DNA of 64,000 nt, taken from NCBI GenBank assembly GCA_002189035.1, contig NEEC01000025.1, forward strand, positions 124,001 through 188,000. The letters run 5' to 3'. Both the position numbers and the translations under genes were made by a program. Under the pieces are notes generated by a model. It saw only the letters and a list, made by a program, of their open reading frames with translations. It was not told the DNA's origin and did no database searches. Numbering within the stretch: the stretch's first letter is position 1; each line of letters begins with the position of its first letter. Below, piece after piece: positions 40,046-54,102 of the stretch. The stretch is from Utricularia gibba (lineage: Eukaryota > Plantae > Magnoliophyta).

Positions 40046-41017
40046 ATGAAGACGATTTTATCATCCGACACCATGGATGTCCCCGACGGGGTGAAGATCA
40101 AGGTGAAAGCGAAAGTGATTGAGGTTGAGGGGCCGAGGGGGAAGCTCACCAGGGACTTCAAGCATTTGAACCTTGATTTCCAGTTGATAACTGACGAAGA
40201 AACGGGAAAAAGGAAGCTAAAGGTGGATGCTTGGTTCGGAAGCCGCAAAACATCTGCTGCCATTCGTACTGCTCTTAGTCACGTTTCGAATCTTATTAAA
40301 GGTGTTACCTTGGGTTATCGCTACAAGATGCGATTTGTGTATGCTCACTTTCCCATCAATGCTTCGATCACCAACAATGGAAAAGCTCTTGAGATACGGA
40401 ACTTTCTTGGAGAAAAAAGGGTATACACTGAATTCGATTGTTTTTATTTTTATGTCATGCATTGCTCCTAGTTTTTACCTTCGCTTTTGCATTGGTGGTT
40501 TCTGAATCGCATTGCCATTTTATCTTCTTGGCGACATTTTTATATTGTGTCTGATGTTCCGGTCCTGTTTGGACACTGCCTCCTGGCTTGTTTCATAGAA
40601 GGCTACCCATTCGTGCATTGTTTTCCTTGATGAGTTTTTGTAGATAGACCACAGTATAATACACAATCACATTATCTCCATCTCTTGTACCAGGTGAGGA
40701 AGGTGGACATGCTTGATGGTGTAAATGTTGTACGATCTGAGAAGGTGAAGGATGAGTTGATATTGGATGGAAACGACATTGAGCTCGTATCTCGTTCGTG
40801 TGCCTTGATAAACCAGGCAAGATCATTCATTGTGCTCAAATCTTTACCTAGAACAACTCTCGTATAGACGCATTGTACTTTGTTGTTTTATTCCCCACCT
40901 GCACTGATGCCGATGCCCTTGTGTTAACAGAAATGCCATGTGAAGAACAAGGATATCCGCAAGTTTCTGGATGGCATCTATGTCAGCGAGAAGGGGGTCG
41001 TTGCTGCGGACGAATGA
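40046..41017 (+). CDS. RPL9: 60S ribosomal protein L9 (uL6), 3 exons; intron 2 is GC-AG
   Basis: MKTILSS...[13 protein letters not shown]...[13 protein letters not shown]; [23 protein letters not shown]; [22 protein letters not shown]. Confidence 0.98.
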
Positions 41018-41466
41018 GTAACTTGAGCATCTATTCTATGAGGTTTATCCTTCTAGTTTTCCCTTTAAACAGTGTCATCAAGTGAGAACATAGCCTTTTA
41101 CACACCAAGTTGAATTCACAATTTTCTAGTTCAGAGACAAAAGCTATATGCGCGATCATGGTTAATATTTTCCTTGTGTTACAAATCCATGCAAGCAGTG
41201 TACAAGATGAATATAACGAATGCCAAAACCTACTTACAAGGGAGTGAACATGGGCAAAAGCTTCAAAGATGATTGTGCAAAAATGAATGTGCTCAAGCAT
41301 GCATCTTGCAGATAGCTATGCAAGTGTCTGTTGCTCTAGCAGCAAGCCTAAGACCAAGGGTATTACCCCAAACACCTCCAACAGGACATGTTATTCAAGA
41401 TGATAAGGTTTATCAACAGATGAGAATGTACATAGAATTTGCGTATTCCAACCTTGATGTCAAGAA

Positions 41467-43570
41467 TCAAGAGAACCGAGCCTTCGGATAAGTTTGATTA
41501 CTCAACGCTGCACTTATCCTACTGAAGACAACCGTCAATGGGATACAGGCAACAGAGCTCTTGAAGGTTCTTATAACTGGTTTCCTCGCTTCTTGACTAT
41601 ACCCACGAGTACTGGTGATTGAAGATAACCTTCTTGTCTTCTTTGACAACATCCCTGATTTCTTCGATTTTCTGGATTTCGCTCTTGAGATCGGAGATTC
41701 AGAAGCGTGTGGTTTGAAGGGGAGCCCTATTCCTTCTTGCTCATCAAGTATACTGTGGATAAACATATCACTGCAGGATCCATCTTCCAGTACCTCGATT
41801 TCCAAAGGTTGGCCGGTAATTGGAAGGTTATTCACCTTGCTCATCAGAGAAACGTACGGTGCATGCTGCTGTTGACTTCCTGATTTCACCTCCACAACGA
41901 TGTCACAGAGGCAAGAATCAGAAAAATGGCGCCTCAAAGAAAAATCGCCGGAATCATATTTTGGGTTGACATTAGACATGCAATGAGGGAGCAATTTCTG
42001 CGAGGCAACAATCTCTGACTCTGATCCACGGGGGTTCTCAACTTTGGATTCTTTCCCCTTTAAACCACACAGATTTTCATCCTCTGCATCCATTTTTCTG
42101 GACCTTGAATTTCTCCTCCCCTTTGTCTGCCAATCAGAAGTGGCTTTCTCTGTGTTAAGGTTGATTTCATGGGGATAATTACTACCGGACTTGGTAGAAC
42201 CAGGCTCAATTTTCTCCCCACTTCCAAAGGAGATAGTCTCAACGAGACTGCTCTGGTTCTGGTGTATCGTGCCTCCAAATTCTGCCCTCTGGGATGCATC
42301 AGACACAACTGAGATTAAATAAAGTAATGCATGAGCATCATCAGTTAGGAAACATAAAAAAAATTGGCAGTCTGTGTGGGAGTTCGGAGACCATCACTTA
42401 TCAGTAATGAAGATCATGCCCAGAATGAGAAGATGCATATTGATATGCTATACCTGCTGTTGGCATGCCTTCTGATACAAGAGGCACATCAAACAAGTTT
42501 GCAGAAGATTCATTCTCATCATCCTTCCATTCATAAACCTGCATGGATACACCCCTCGCAGTACCATTGCCGCACAAAAACCCCATACATTCTCCCTCAG
42601 TCTTGACCTCAATTGATATGCTATTGATTGATTCATTGGCTTCGAAGCCAGAAACCATGCGTTCAAGTACCATCCCATCAGAAAGGCCATTTTTACAGGG
42701 AAATTGCTCGAGGGGTGAGGACAGCATAGTGCTACACTCAAGGACTTTGGTCAATGGACGGTGACGGTTTCTCTTCTTCAAAGATTCATAAGCTACTTGA
42801 GAACGCTTCCTCTTCAGAGATGACGCCACACCCACTCCAAGGTCCTCAAGCCCTCTCATACGCTTAACACCAACTACATCTTCCTCAGAGTCATTTGGTG
42901 TTTTCCATTTTGCAGCTTCATCCTTGTGCTTTTCTTGTTCCTCAAATGGCGAATCTGTTTTAGTGGCTCTATGGTTGACCTCTGAATGCTCAGAGTTACG
43001 CATATCATGATTTTCAAACACTCCACTAGGATGCGACACTGAAGCTGAGGCATAGATCTGGGCAGGCCCTCGTCCATTCGCTAAATTTGGTGTAGTGGAA
43101 GCTCCCGGGTTTTCCTTGAGAAGAAGAGCACTTTCCAGTTCCAGTGCATGACGAATAGCATCTTCCCTTCTTGCTTTTCTGACTCCCTTCTTCGAAAGAT
43201 GGGATGCAGATACCTTAGCTTTCTCAATGCAATCTTCGTACTCTCCACAGTGAAAAGCTTTTACTCTTTTTGACTTCTCTAGGTTGTACCAGTCTCTGCA
43301 ACGCAATGAACAAAAATTTTGGTTCGCAATACGATGGCAAAAAAGCTACTTCATCTTATTCAAAGAAAGTAGTACTTACACAGTTTTACCCTTTTTACCG
43401 AGAAGCTTTACAGGGGTCCCTGACTTCGGTACCGCAGCACCACCATCGGGAAGTTCATCAGGGCTGAGAATCTTCCCCGGCCACCATGATCCATTTCTCC
43501 GGCGGACCCAAACCAAACCCCCCACTTTGAAATCAATCCCCTTATCATGTTCAACTCCAGTGCTGCCCAT
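41467..43570 (-). CDS. PWWP/Tudor-domain protein (At1g51745/At3g03140-like family), 3 exons
   Basis: VGGLVWVRRRNGSWWPGKI, GTPVKLLG, DWYNLEKSKRVKAF, RREDAIRHALELE, KRMRGLEDLG; C-terminal PYVSLMSK and ACIPLTVVFSRI. ATG at 43570. Confidence 0.9.
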
Positions 43571-44701
43571 TTTCACAGTCACCAGAATAGAAAAATGGCT
43601 TTTTATTTGAGAAAACTCGGCACTCCCAAAAGCGCGGAAGATAGCAGAAAGCCAGGGCTAAATCTCTGCTATATCAATTCAGGTCACGCCTGCATATACC
43701 TCTCAGCAACAAAATTTGGATGCCTGTGGTATCGAAGAACAAAATACGAAAATGCGAAAGCGCAATATGTCAGAAAACATACACACAGAAAACCCAAAAG
43801 AAAACAAAGAAATGGATAAAACGGATAAAACATAAAATGGGATAGAAGATGAGGAAAACCGAAGTAAGTGAAAGAAATAAAGACAGAGATCCGAAAAGCG
43901 CAAGTCTAAGAGGAAATCCCCGTCCACAAACCATGAAGCTTAAAACCCACAGAAAAAAAAAAAACTTGTTCTGCCTTTTCCCATTTTTACTCAGGTTCAA
44001 GAAGACTTAAATCGATCAACAAGGATTCAAATCGCAATACACAAGAGCACCTCGATGTCATTCCTGTGCATTCATCAAATGCGACAACCCGAACTCAGAG
44101 TTTGTTCGACAAGCGAGAACTTCAATTTACAACTCTGAATTGAGCAATGAGATCCAGCGCCCTTCCCCCGCCCACTGCCGAGAAAGCCTTCAACAAGATA
44201 ACTGGAGGAGGAGCTCAAATTACACCACTTGGCCTACTCTTCCTTCCGCCATAGAAGTACCAATACCGTGACGAAAAACCTCAGAACATTAATTAATGTA
44301 ATTAAATTAAATAAAAAAAACCCACAAGCTGCTTCTCGGGTACGCTTCTGGCCCAAACTATTCCCACGGATCGGCCCGGTGACATGCCTCGGCCCAAGCT
44401 CAATAATAAGTTTAAATTACATATTTTTTAATATTTAATAATTCTAAAATTTCTTAATATTTGGAAATTAATATTTGCTGGCCCCCAAGACAGAGCCACC
44501 ACACCAGCAGCTTGAAGCTGCTGTTCTGCAACTACACAGTGCAAAAAGGAAACCAGAAAAAAAGGCGACATCCAGATCTCACACAGACTCAGGAAACGGT
44601 CGACGGCATTTACAGAAGCTTGCTATCTGTATAAACAAGTGAGTTGAATTCACATCATGCTTGAGAAAAGTGCAGCTGAAGGAGGTGCTTAGGCAGTGGA
44701 A

Positions 44702-46122
44702 CTAACTGTGTTGTAGCTCATGGAGATCGGTGGTCTTCAGTACACGAAGCCTCTTTACTGTTGACACAAACATGCTGCACAGGGGATCAAAGACAAAGGG
44801 GTGAATCATCAAGCAGCAGAAGTTGCTACTGATGGAACTGAATCCGAAGCATGGAGAGGAGATGCTTACTGCCAAGGGAGATCCCCAACAAGCATCCTGT
44901 CTCCTTCGTTGTCTTCATAAACAAGGGTGTGTTCCCTGCTTTCAGGGCTGTCACCTTCTGCTTCAGCATCAGAAGTGTTGCTTTGAGCTAAGAGAAGGCT
45001 TGTAATGTCAGTTTTGTGTGCAGAGTTGGTTAAAGTTCTCTTCGATGGAGGCATGTACCTGGAAGGAGATCTCTGAAGAGTTCATCAATGGCCATGGAGA
45101 GCTTTTCATAGTTATCATATGCGTTGATATCGATTTTCCTTCCAATGGGAACACCATCCATGTTGATCTTCACAAACAGAGGGCTGCGTCCTTGAGTAGT
45201 AGCTGTCTTGGAGGAACTTCCATTTCCATGTTTTTTGGGGAAAGATCGAATAGGCGGCCATCCCACCACTGAAGCAGGAGAAGTTCTATGGTTTCCAAAG
45301 AGAATGCAGCTTAGGAGAAGATAAGGAAACTAGTAGCACATGAATCCTTTGTACCACAAGATGCTGTAACTTTGCTTAACCAGATTCATCAATTTCTTTC
45401 CAGGTAAAAGTAAAAACAATTTCCCAATAACCATGCCAACAGTTAAAAAATGAAAGAAGACAAGATCCCACTCAAAAAGGTAGTCTTGCAGCAAGGTTGT
45501 TATGAGGAAGTTACTAAGGTAAAAGGCCGTGGGCAGAGAGTGCTTTGCAGCAGACAATAAAGAAAGCACGCCATACTCCAAAGGACCCCCAGCATGCAGA
45601 AGATTTGAATAAAAGAACAGTGAGGAAGGTTGAAAAAGGTTACCTTTTCTGCGAACTGCTGCAATTGGGCACAGCTGTGTTTGAAGAAGGTGGTTGAATG
45701 AACTTCTTTTCTGGGTTTTGGATCTCTGGATTTACCTTACCATCACATAGCTGGGATGATTCTTTCCTTGTTGAAAGCAGCTGCAGATGTTCGGGCTCTG
45801 AGTTTTCTGATTCAAGATGAAACGAAAGAGCCTTTGTTTTTGCTGGACATGGATGTTTCAAGGCAGGCGAAATCTGAGGACAAGAGCTTTTAGAGAAGAA
45901 GCCATTAGAATACACAAATTCATGGTCTATTTCTTCAGAAGTTCTGTTGAAGTTTTTCACGGACCAATCTCCCCCTGGAGGACCAAGCCTCAGTTCAAGC
46001 TTCTGCTCCAAAGATGGGCTACTGGTTATCCCCTCCACCCTTTCAACGGCTGAATCTCTATCTCTCTCCATGAAATCAAGAAACTGTAGACAACCCTCTT
46101 CATTTCTCAAGTAACTCTCCAT
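44702..46122 (-). CDS. IAA26: Aux/IAA protein, IAA26/IAA18 (PAP1)-type
   Basis: EAR motif LELRLGPPG; degron VVGWPPI; domain III FVKINMDGVPIGRKID; domain IV TLVYEDNEGDRMLVGDLPW and MFVSTVKRLRVLK. The exact last exon end is uncertain. Confidence 0.92.
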
Positions 46123-47285
46123 TTGCTCAGAACGAAGGCTGCAGTGGCACAGAAACTTGTAAACACACACACAACACAACAAGAACAGAGCTTTTTATCA
46201 AACACTTCACACGCAAAGTTCACACCTTGGGCGTGAAATGTTTAGAGGAAGCATAGAATCTCAAAACCCCACATCATTGAACAACCCCAGATGCCAAGAG
46301 GAAATCTTCTTAACTCCCTCTGAAGAGCAGGAGCAGCTAAAGCTCAATATACAAGTAAAAGAGGAGAATCCCACGTGTTGGTTGGCTTTCAAAATGCGAT
46401 AAACTCCGGCAACGTGGAGTGGTAGACTGACGACTCAACTATTGGAAAACAGTAGCCCGGCGACCGTAAACGAAAACATGAATAAAAAAAGAGAGAAACT
46501 GTAGCTGTTGATGTAGCTATTATTGCTGTAGCGAGACCGGGAAACTCCTTACCCACGGGTACCATCCAGACCAGACGATTGCTTGCCTTATGGAGTCGCG
46601 GGCAGCCTGCGAATAGGCCAATCGGGAAGCTTGGAAAAATCGCACGCAATCCCAATCCACTTCCGCTGTTGCCCAATGGCTGACATCCCCTTCCCAATTC
46701 CCAAATCAAATCATTATTCACAAGGGGGAGTATTCGGACCATTGGTCTCAACATTCAGACTGTTTTTTTGACTTATCATGCCCAGACATGTTATGACAGT
46801 CTTGTCTGATGCTCTCCCTGCTCCATTTTCTTACCTTCGCGCACGACGTATGCCTTACGTGATGCTTCGACCCGAATGCGATCAGACAGTCCCTGTCCCC
46901 GTTTCCTGAACATTGGATTCTGGAACCCATCGAGCTGATCGCAAGGAATCCCATTCCTGGGTTGCTTTGATTTCGATCACTCTGGGAATACTGTCACCAT
47001 TGTTCTGGACTTCGATCCATAGTCACAATTCCGTGCCTAACTTGCGCTGCTGTCCCAATCAGCAGCATATTCCCACGTGTAGGATAAGAAGGGATGAGAA
47101 ACAAAATACCAAATGTAACAATTTTAGTATATTGTACATTTAAAATATTCAATTTTTATGATTTTAAATTTTAAATCTTGTAAATGAAAGATGATTTTTT
47201 TTTTATATAAGTTATCACTTAATTTCATCCATAATCTATGCAATAGTAGTTTAAGTTGATTCTATCATACTTACTTATATTTATA

Positions 47286-47508
47286 GAGTGTGTTTGATAT
47301 AGATGATAAATGAAAATAGTTAAATGGAAAAAGAAAAATAGAATATTTGATAGATATAATGAATGATATTTAGGATAATTTATATTATAAATATGAGATA
47401 AAATAATGAAATTTGAGAAGTTTAGATAAAATTATATTATGCGTATACCTTTTTTTTATATATCATCTTTTATCTCTAATATAATTTATTCATATATCAA
47501 ACACATTA
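47286..47508. mobile_element. Tourist-like MITE (~220 bp)
   Basis: Perfect 13-bp inverted termini TGTGTTTGATATA (47289-47301) and TATATCAAACACA (47493-47505) around an AT-rich interior. TSD unclear. Confidence 0.55.
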
Positions 47509-47920
47509 CTACTAACACTTTCACCCCCCTTCTAAGAATCTCTATCATCAAACAAGTCCTACGTCTTAGTTTAGCTTTACTCCACCATCAATTATATGTC
47601 GGTATTTACCCTTAAGGTGTGTGTATATACACCCCCCTCAAAACTCAAAAACCAAGGAAGGTAGATACACCTAATATGATTAGAATGAATATACAAACAT
47701 TTTACAACCATATGAAACATGTATATCAAAAAGAAGCAATTCTCGACACATATGTCGAGGTTCCCAATTCCCACCTTCCAGTCTTATAATGTCCCAGATT
47801 GGACCATCTAAAATTGGATGTGGGTAACCATTTCTGCTAAAAAAACAGATATAGTCACAGAATCTACGTACAACACAGGCAGAGTTCCATGCTTCACTGC
47901 AGGAACTCCCTTTTCTGAAA

Positions 47921-50900
47921 CTACCTCATCTGAAAGTTGAGTGATCTGATGCAGTATGCATACATGAAGGCGAAGAAGACACTAAATCCGATCAGAATCA
48001 CAGCCACAGGTCCCATGAAGTTGGGATCATATCCAAAATGGCCACGAATGTATTGGCTGATGGGCTGTGGTGCACTCATCCCAGCCACGGTTATGGTCTC
48101 CTGCACATCCCCATACTGTCCGATGATCAGGCCGTAGACGGTCCAGGCCACAGGGCAAATGTAGTAGTACCAAATCCACCACCCAGGAATCCTCTGCGAA
48201 GAGAGGAGCAAGATTTTAAGGCCATGGATATTCTGCATTGTGAATGGTTATGATAAGTTGGAACTGAAAGGTAAACTTACTGGTCTGGGGATGAAGAAGC
48301 CTGAGAAGAGATTGAAAAGGGCGTAGAAAGCTGCCGCGAAAATGGATGCCACTTGGTGGTTTGGGGTGATGGAGACGGTCATCATTCCATAGTATGTGAA
48401 GTAGAGGAAGGAGAAGAAGGAAACGAAGTAAAACCAGAAGAACTTCGCTGCTGTCCACTCGAAGCTAACCATGGCATATACGATAACGGTGTAGAAAGCT
48501 GCTTGAATCAGGACGTATGGTATTTCTACCAGGACCTACACAAGAAAGCACCAGCCTTGTCAAAAAAAAAAAAAAAAATGTCATCAAACCAAGGTGATCT
48601 GTTTTTTGGTGTCTCTGATATTTCACCTGTGCCATGGCATATGGAATTGCAGAGTACATTCCGGCGGCTCTTTCCCTATAAAACACCATCCGTTCTATGG
48701 AAACAACCGGCTGTACTGTTGCGCAATTGCTGATCCCACAAAATAAAACAGCAGCATACATAGCTCCGATGACTGTCAAAAGATCTGTATCAGACCCCCT
48801 GAGGAATGGGAAGGAATGAGTTAGAAACAAGCATTCTTCTGGCACAAGAGCTTGAATTTGTAAATTGATACAGACCTTCTTGTCCCGACTCTCCAGAATA
48901 TGGTACCAACAAGTAGTGCACAGCAGAAAGTGAAGAAGTATCTAACAAGATTGTATTCGGGGCTTCTCCAGTAAGTCCACCATTGCTTCCAAATGCAATA
49001 ATTCAATTGCCCCCATGATGATTGGGTATACTGTGTGTCAAAATACAAGTCTTTTGCACCCTGAGCTGGCTTGCTTAAATCTTTCACCAGAACTTTGTTT
49101 CTTCTGGAGATAGCAAGATATCGTATTTGTAAGTAATTCGATCATCTAAAGATACTCAGAACCCACCATACGTAAGTGCTATAGTTACTTACTTGTATAA
49201 ACTAGATGATTTGTAGCACTCTGCAAAATCAACCCCAAGTTTGACTTCTGTAGCTATCGAGGTAGCTTCAAGCATCCATGTAGCTGGATTGTATTTCTCT
49301 TTGATTCTTGGGACTCCAGGGATTCCCTACACCAAAAAGAAAGAGACTTTCATTTGCATCACTCTCCATGAAAACTCTGAGAAACAAATAAAAAAGAGTC
49401 GATTCTTGTGCAGCACCTCAAAGTATTCAATGATTTTCTGAGAATGACGGCCCAAAGGTCCTGCATAGATCACTTGGCCTCCTCGTTTCATCAGAAGAAG
49501 CTAATGAATATGACAAGAGAGTCAAAATGTTTTAGAAAAGATGAACCATTTCAGTGTAAAAGAAATTTTTAGAAGGCTAACAGATCCGTTACCTCATCAA
49601 ACGCTTCAAAAATATCAATGCTTGGTTGATGTATGGTACAAACCACAGTTCTTCCTGTGTCGACGGTATTTCTCACAGTTCTCATCACAATAGCTGCTGC
49701 TCTTGCGTCCAAGCCAGAAGTCGGCTCATCCATGAATATGATAGATGGATTAGCAACAAGTTCAACTGCTATTGTCAATCTTTTTCTCTGTTCTGTTGAT
49801 AATCCGGTGACTCCAGGCATTCCAACAATGGCATCCTTGAGGTTGTCTAGCTCAACCAAGTCCATAACTTCATCCACAAAAGCCTGTATTTGAGGAATGG
49901 AGTGAGTTCTGAGAATAAAAAAAATAATGTTTATAATGCTCTGTTGTTCTTACCATCTTTTGCTCCCTGGTAACTTCTTTAGGGAGCCGGAGGAAGGCTG
50001 AAAAGATCAAAGATTCACGGACAGTTACTTGTGGGGAGTGAATATCATTTTGTTCACAGTATCCTGAGATTCTTGCAAAGGTGTTTTGATTCTTTGGGAA
50101 CCCGGATATTCTAATGTCGCCTTCAATATATCCTCCTGTTTTCCGGCCAGCAAGAACATCCATCAGCGTGGTTTTCCCTGCTCCACTGACTCCCATCAGT
50201 GCAGTCAGAATTCCTGGTCTAAAAGCTCCAGTTACTTCACGAAGTAGCTGAAGTCTATCTTCTGTCACTCCTTGTTCCTTCATTTCCTGTCATACCAAGG
50301 CATTTTCGTTTCATAACAATCAAACATGCTAATTCTATGCCATTCAAAAAGCATCCTTACCGGTGGCATGTCGACAAAGTAGTTTACACTGTCAAAGGAC
50401 ATTGCAAGAGGGGGAAACGGCAGAACCATTCCTCTCTTTGGGCTTATCCGTGTCACTGATTCATTGCTCGACTGTTCATTCTTAGTTTCACCATACACAC
50501 TTGAAAGGCTCCTCATCCTTTGCATTTGCATTTCCACTATAGAGAAGTGATTATCCAAAAAAAGGTAAGAAAACAGAGATTTATACTTTCAAGCATAAGT
50601 TGAACTCATTTGTTTACCTGTCTTGTTCTTGTCAGCACCAGATAAAGATCGACTGTAGGGATTCCTTCCCCTGTGTCTCGACCTCTCTTTGGCTCTGTTT
50701 TCTATTTCCAACTCCAATGCTTCCTCTTTAGAGATTATAGCCTGTGGCTTTCCAAAAGCTAAAGCAGAAGGCAATCAATTTCACATGATATTCAGACAGC
50801 CATACTGAAAAAGACTCATTTGAAGGAGCTTACGGCTAAGATACATGAGGGCAAAGGTGAAAAGAACATTGAATAGAAGAGTGAATCCAACAAGAGCAGC

Positions 50901-53900
50901 AACGCCAATCCAGTACCAATTGTTATCTGTGAAGATGTCGAAGTTTCTCAAAACTTGTGTTCCCAAGCTAGTAGTGTTATCCGCAGCCTACAGGAGATAG
51001 ACACTGTATCAACAAATGATTCATTCCAGAAGAAAATGCTGATGCAAACTCACGAGTCTGTTCATCCATCTAGGTGCAGACATTTCATTGACTGCTATGG
51101 CATTGTAGGTATAACTCAGAGGTGAAACCCAGTACCCCCACCTCCACCAAATGGGAATTCGTTCTGCAGTTCCGTAAAAACACAGGTTCCATTAAATGGA
51201 TGAGAGATGTGAAACATGCAAATTATCACTTACCAAATGCTTACCTCTCGGAAGAATGAAGCCGCCTAATAGAAAAACAAGCAATAGAGTGAGTGCTCCG
51301 CCGGTATTTGCTATGATCATCGTCCTGCAGATCCCTGCTATCAGCCGGAAAATCCCAGCAGCCATTTGTTGTAAAACAAAAATCAGCAAAGACTGCTTGA
51401 AGAACCTGCAAGCAGTCATTGATCATTCAACACACAAATGCAAGAAAAGATCAATCGACAGAAAAAAGAAAGTGGAATCAACCAAACCTGCTGGGATCAG
51501 GGGCAAATCCGATAGTGAAATAAGTGGTAAGCATCCAAACAAGAGTCTCCACCACAGAAATCGGAAGCCTCAACAGAAACGTCGGAAGAGTAAAAGCCCA
51601 CGGCGGGTGAAAAAGAAGATCCCGTTGCTTGAAAAACACGGGTAATCTCTGAATCATCATCGCAAGCTCAGAAAACCCATTGAAAGTATTGCAGACGACG
51701 GAGAAAACGAGTGCGCCGATGAACAACGCGCCGTCCTGCTCGTTCCGTGTTCGCATATTGGTTCTCAAGAAAAGGGTCGCCGTAATCATGGCGACGACGA
51801 AAATCTGCACAGTTTTGAAGACGTAGACGAAGGAGTTCCTCTTGATGAGAAGCCATTCCTTGTCGAAATTTGCCTTGAGAAGCTCTCTTTTGGGAACAGA
51901 ATACTTATCAAAAACCAAAGCTGCTCTGTGGCTTTTGCGCTTCTCGTAAGGAACCGAGAGCTCGTTTTCCAGGCGGAGGCCGACGTGGAAGCGCTTGAAC
52001 TCGGCCGCGAACTCGCTCACCGGAATGTATCTGTACGGCTTGCTCCGATCTGCCCAGTACTGCTCCTGATCTTTCCTCGATGTAACCTATTCATTAACAC
52101 GATTAATTAGTAATCCAAAAGCTAATAAAGCAATTTTGCTTTTCGTGTCGCACTGCATTGGCCGGAATACCTCCTGCAGGAAATCGGCGGCTCCTTTCCT
52201 TTCGGGGCACTTGAACCCGCACGATTCGAAGAAGCTGATGATGTGTTCGCGGGGTCCCTGGTACACAATCTGTCCTTCGGAGAGAAGAACGACGTCGTCG
52301 AAGAGTTCGAATGTCTCCGGCGGCGGCTGCAGCAGCGACATGAAGACGGTGGCCTCCGTCAAATGCACGATCTGCTGCAAGCATTTAACTATCTGAAACG
52401 TCGTCGAGCTGTCGAGCCCCGTCGATATCTCGTCCATGAACAACGTCTTTGTTGGTCCCACGATCATCTCCCCTGTTACAACCATACATCGCTTTTCTTC
52501 AGCATACGCAGGCCTCAAACTCTAAAAACTCCCGAACCACAAACCTGTAGTGACACGCTTCTTTTGGCCACCGGAGATTCCCCTGATCATCTCATCGCCG
52601 ACCAAGGTGTCCTTGCAAATATCAAGCCCCAGTATCTGCAATTTTGATGCATTTCATTGGCATCGTCGCAAACTTCGCCGTCGGAAAAAAAAACCCAAAA
52701 AAGTCGGACGGAAAAAGATCAACCTTAAGAATGTAGTCTGTAATGAGGCTGCTTTCCAATCCTTCCAAAGCAGTTGCCTTCATGAAAAGGTCCACTTCCG
52801 CATCCGGGAAAATGCCGGCTTCTCTTTCTCTTCGGGCAAGCTCTGTCATGAGATCTGTAGGTACAGACACGGTGGGGCTAAAAATCACTATTTCTTGAAC
52901 AGAGTAACATCGCCGGAGAATGAAATCCAATCCGTACCGTATCTTGATCCAACTCCCAGGCATCTTGCTGAGAAATCTAGCGTTTCCTTCACTGTCATCT
53001 CACCCAAGTGCACGTCATTTTGACTTATGAACGCCGATGTTTTCTGTGGCACGAATTCCTTCAACGTATGGCCGTTGTACGTTATTTCTCCCTTTCTCTG
53101 CAATAATGCCAGAAAAATATGATTCCGTATTCTGAATTATTAAAACGCAGGTGTGAAAAGGAAGAAGTATACCTTCAATGACTTGTCCAATTTTCCGGCG
53201 AGAGCCAACAAAAGGGTTGTTTTCCCGGAAGACGGAGGGCCCAGAAGAAGAGTCATCCTGTGACGTTGAGACAACACAACTGTGTCAGTCTAGGAAGGAA
53301 AAAATCGTCAACGATGAAAAATTTAAGAAATAGCATCATCACACCTGGATGGCTTGATGATCCCGGAGACATCTTTGAGTATAATAAGCTTCGTCTTCTT
53401 GGCTGCTCTGATCCCGCATAAGCTCAATGCCGATTCGCCCAGGTTGCGAGCCACGTTGAGCAGCGTCGGCAGTGCTCTGTCTCCAACGAAGCAGTCGGCC
53501 TCCACCGTCAGGTTCTCGTATCGGACTTCCACGGTCGGCAGCGATATTCCGACCCTATGATTCAAATGAAGTGAAACACATTAACCAGAAGGAAGGATTG
53601 GCGTAGGTTCTACGACAAGGTGGTGGCTTTGTTGGTGTCCCTTCACCAACCAAGTTTCGACAAGTGGAGACGCCACCACGTTCATATTACTATCATATCC
53701 AATTCTCGGTCAGATAATGGGAACAAAGAGAAACCATGGGCCGGCTGACGGCTACCGGAATCGAACTTACTTGTCGATGCGGTCCCGGAGCTTCATCAAG
53801 AACTTCTCGTTATCCTCTTCAGCCACCTTGAAAAACCTATCGATGAACTCTTGCCTCTCGTTCACGTCCAGGTTTCTGACATCCACCTCCTTGTGAACAA

Positions 53901-54102
53901 CTTGAACATTCCCATTCGTAGCGGTTTCCAGGGATTGCAGCACCGTCTTCCGAAGCCGATCATAGGTGGGGAGCTTCTCCAGCGCCGCCCATCGGAGGGC
54001 CTCCTCATCCTCGTTGGCGCGAGAGCTCCTCCGCGAGGCCGACCCGAAGACATCCTCCACGCTCCAGCTGCCGCGGCTGGACTGCCGCATCCGCCCATCC
54101 AT
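47921..54102 (-). CDS. ABCG36: Full-size ABCG/PDR transporter, ABCG35/36 (PEN3/PDR8) clade, about 20 exons, apparently intact
   Basis: [21 protein letters not shown]; NBD1 [33 protein letters not shown]; NBD2 [33 protein letters not shown]; two TM domains; ends LNFQMR*. The junctions I traced were canonical and in frame. Orthology within the clade is not proven. Confidence 0.95.

Noticed and set aside
40560-40680. Possible intronic H/ACA snoRNA in RPL9 intron 1 (ATAGAA H-box, GGCTA...TAGACC followed by ACA)
   Set aside because: The upper stem is weak and there is no convincing first hairpin next to the H box; this would need snoRNA-prediction software and small-RNA data.
46880-47030. Minus-strand peptide IEVQNNGDSIP resembling the topoisomerase II NNGxGIP motif
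   Set aside because: The match is short, bounded by stops, and the flanks show no similarity; likely chance.
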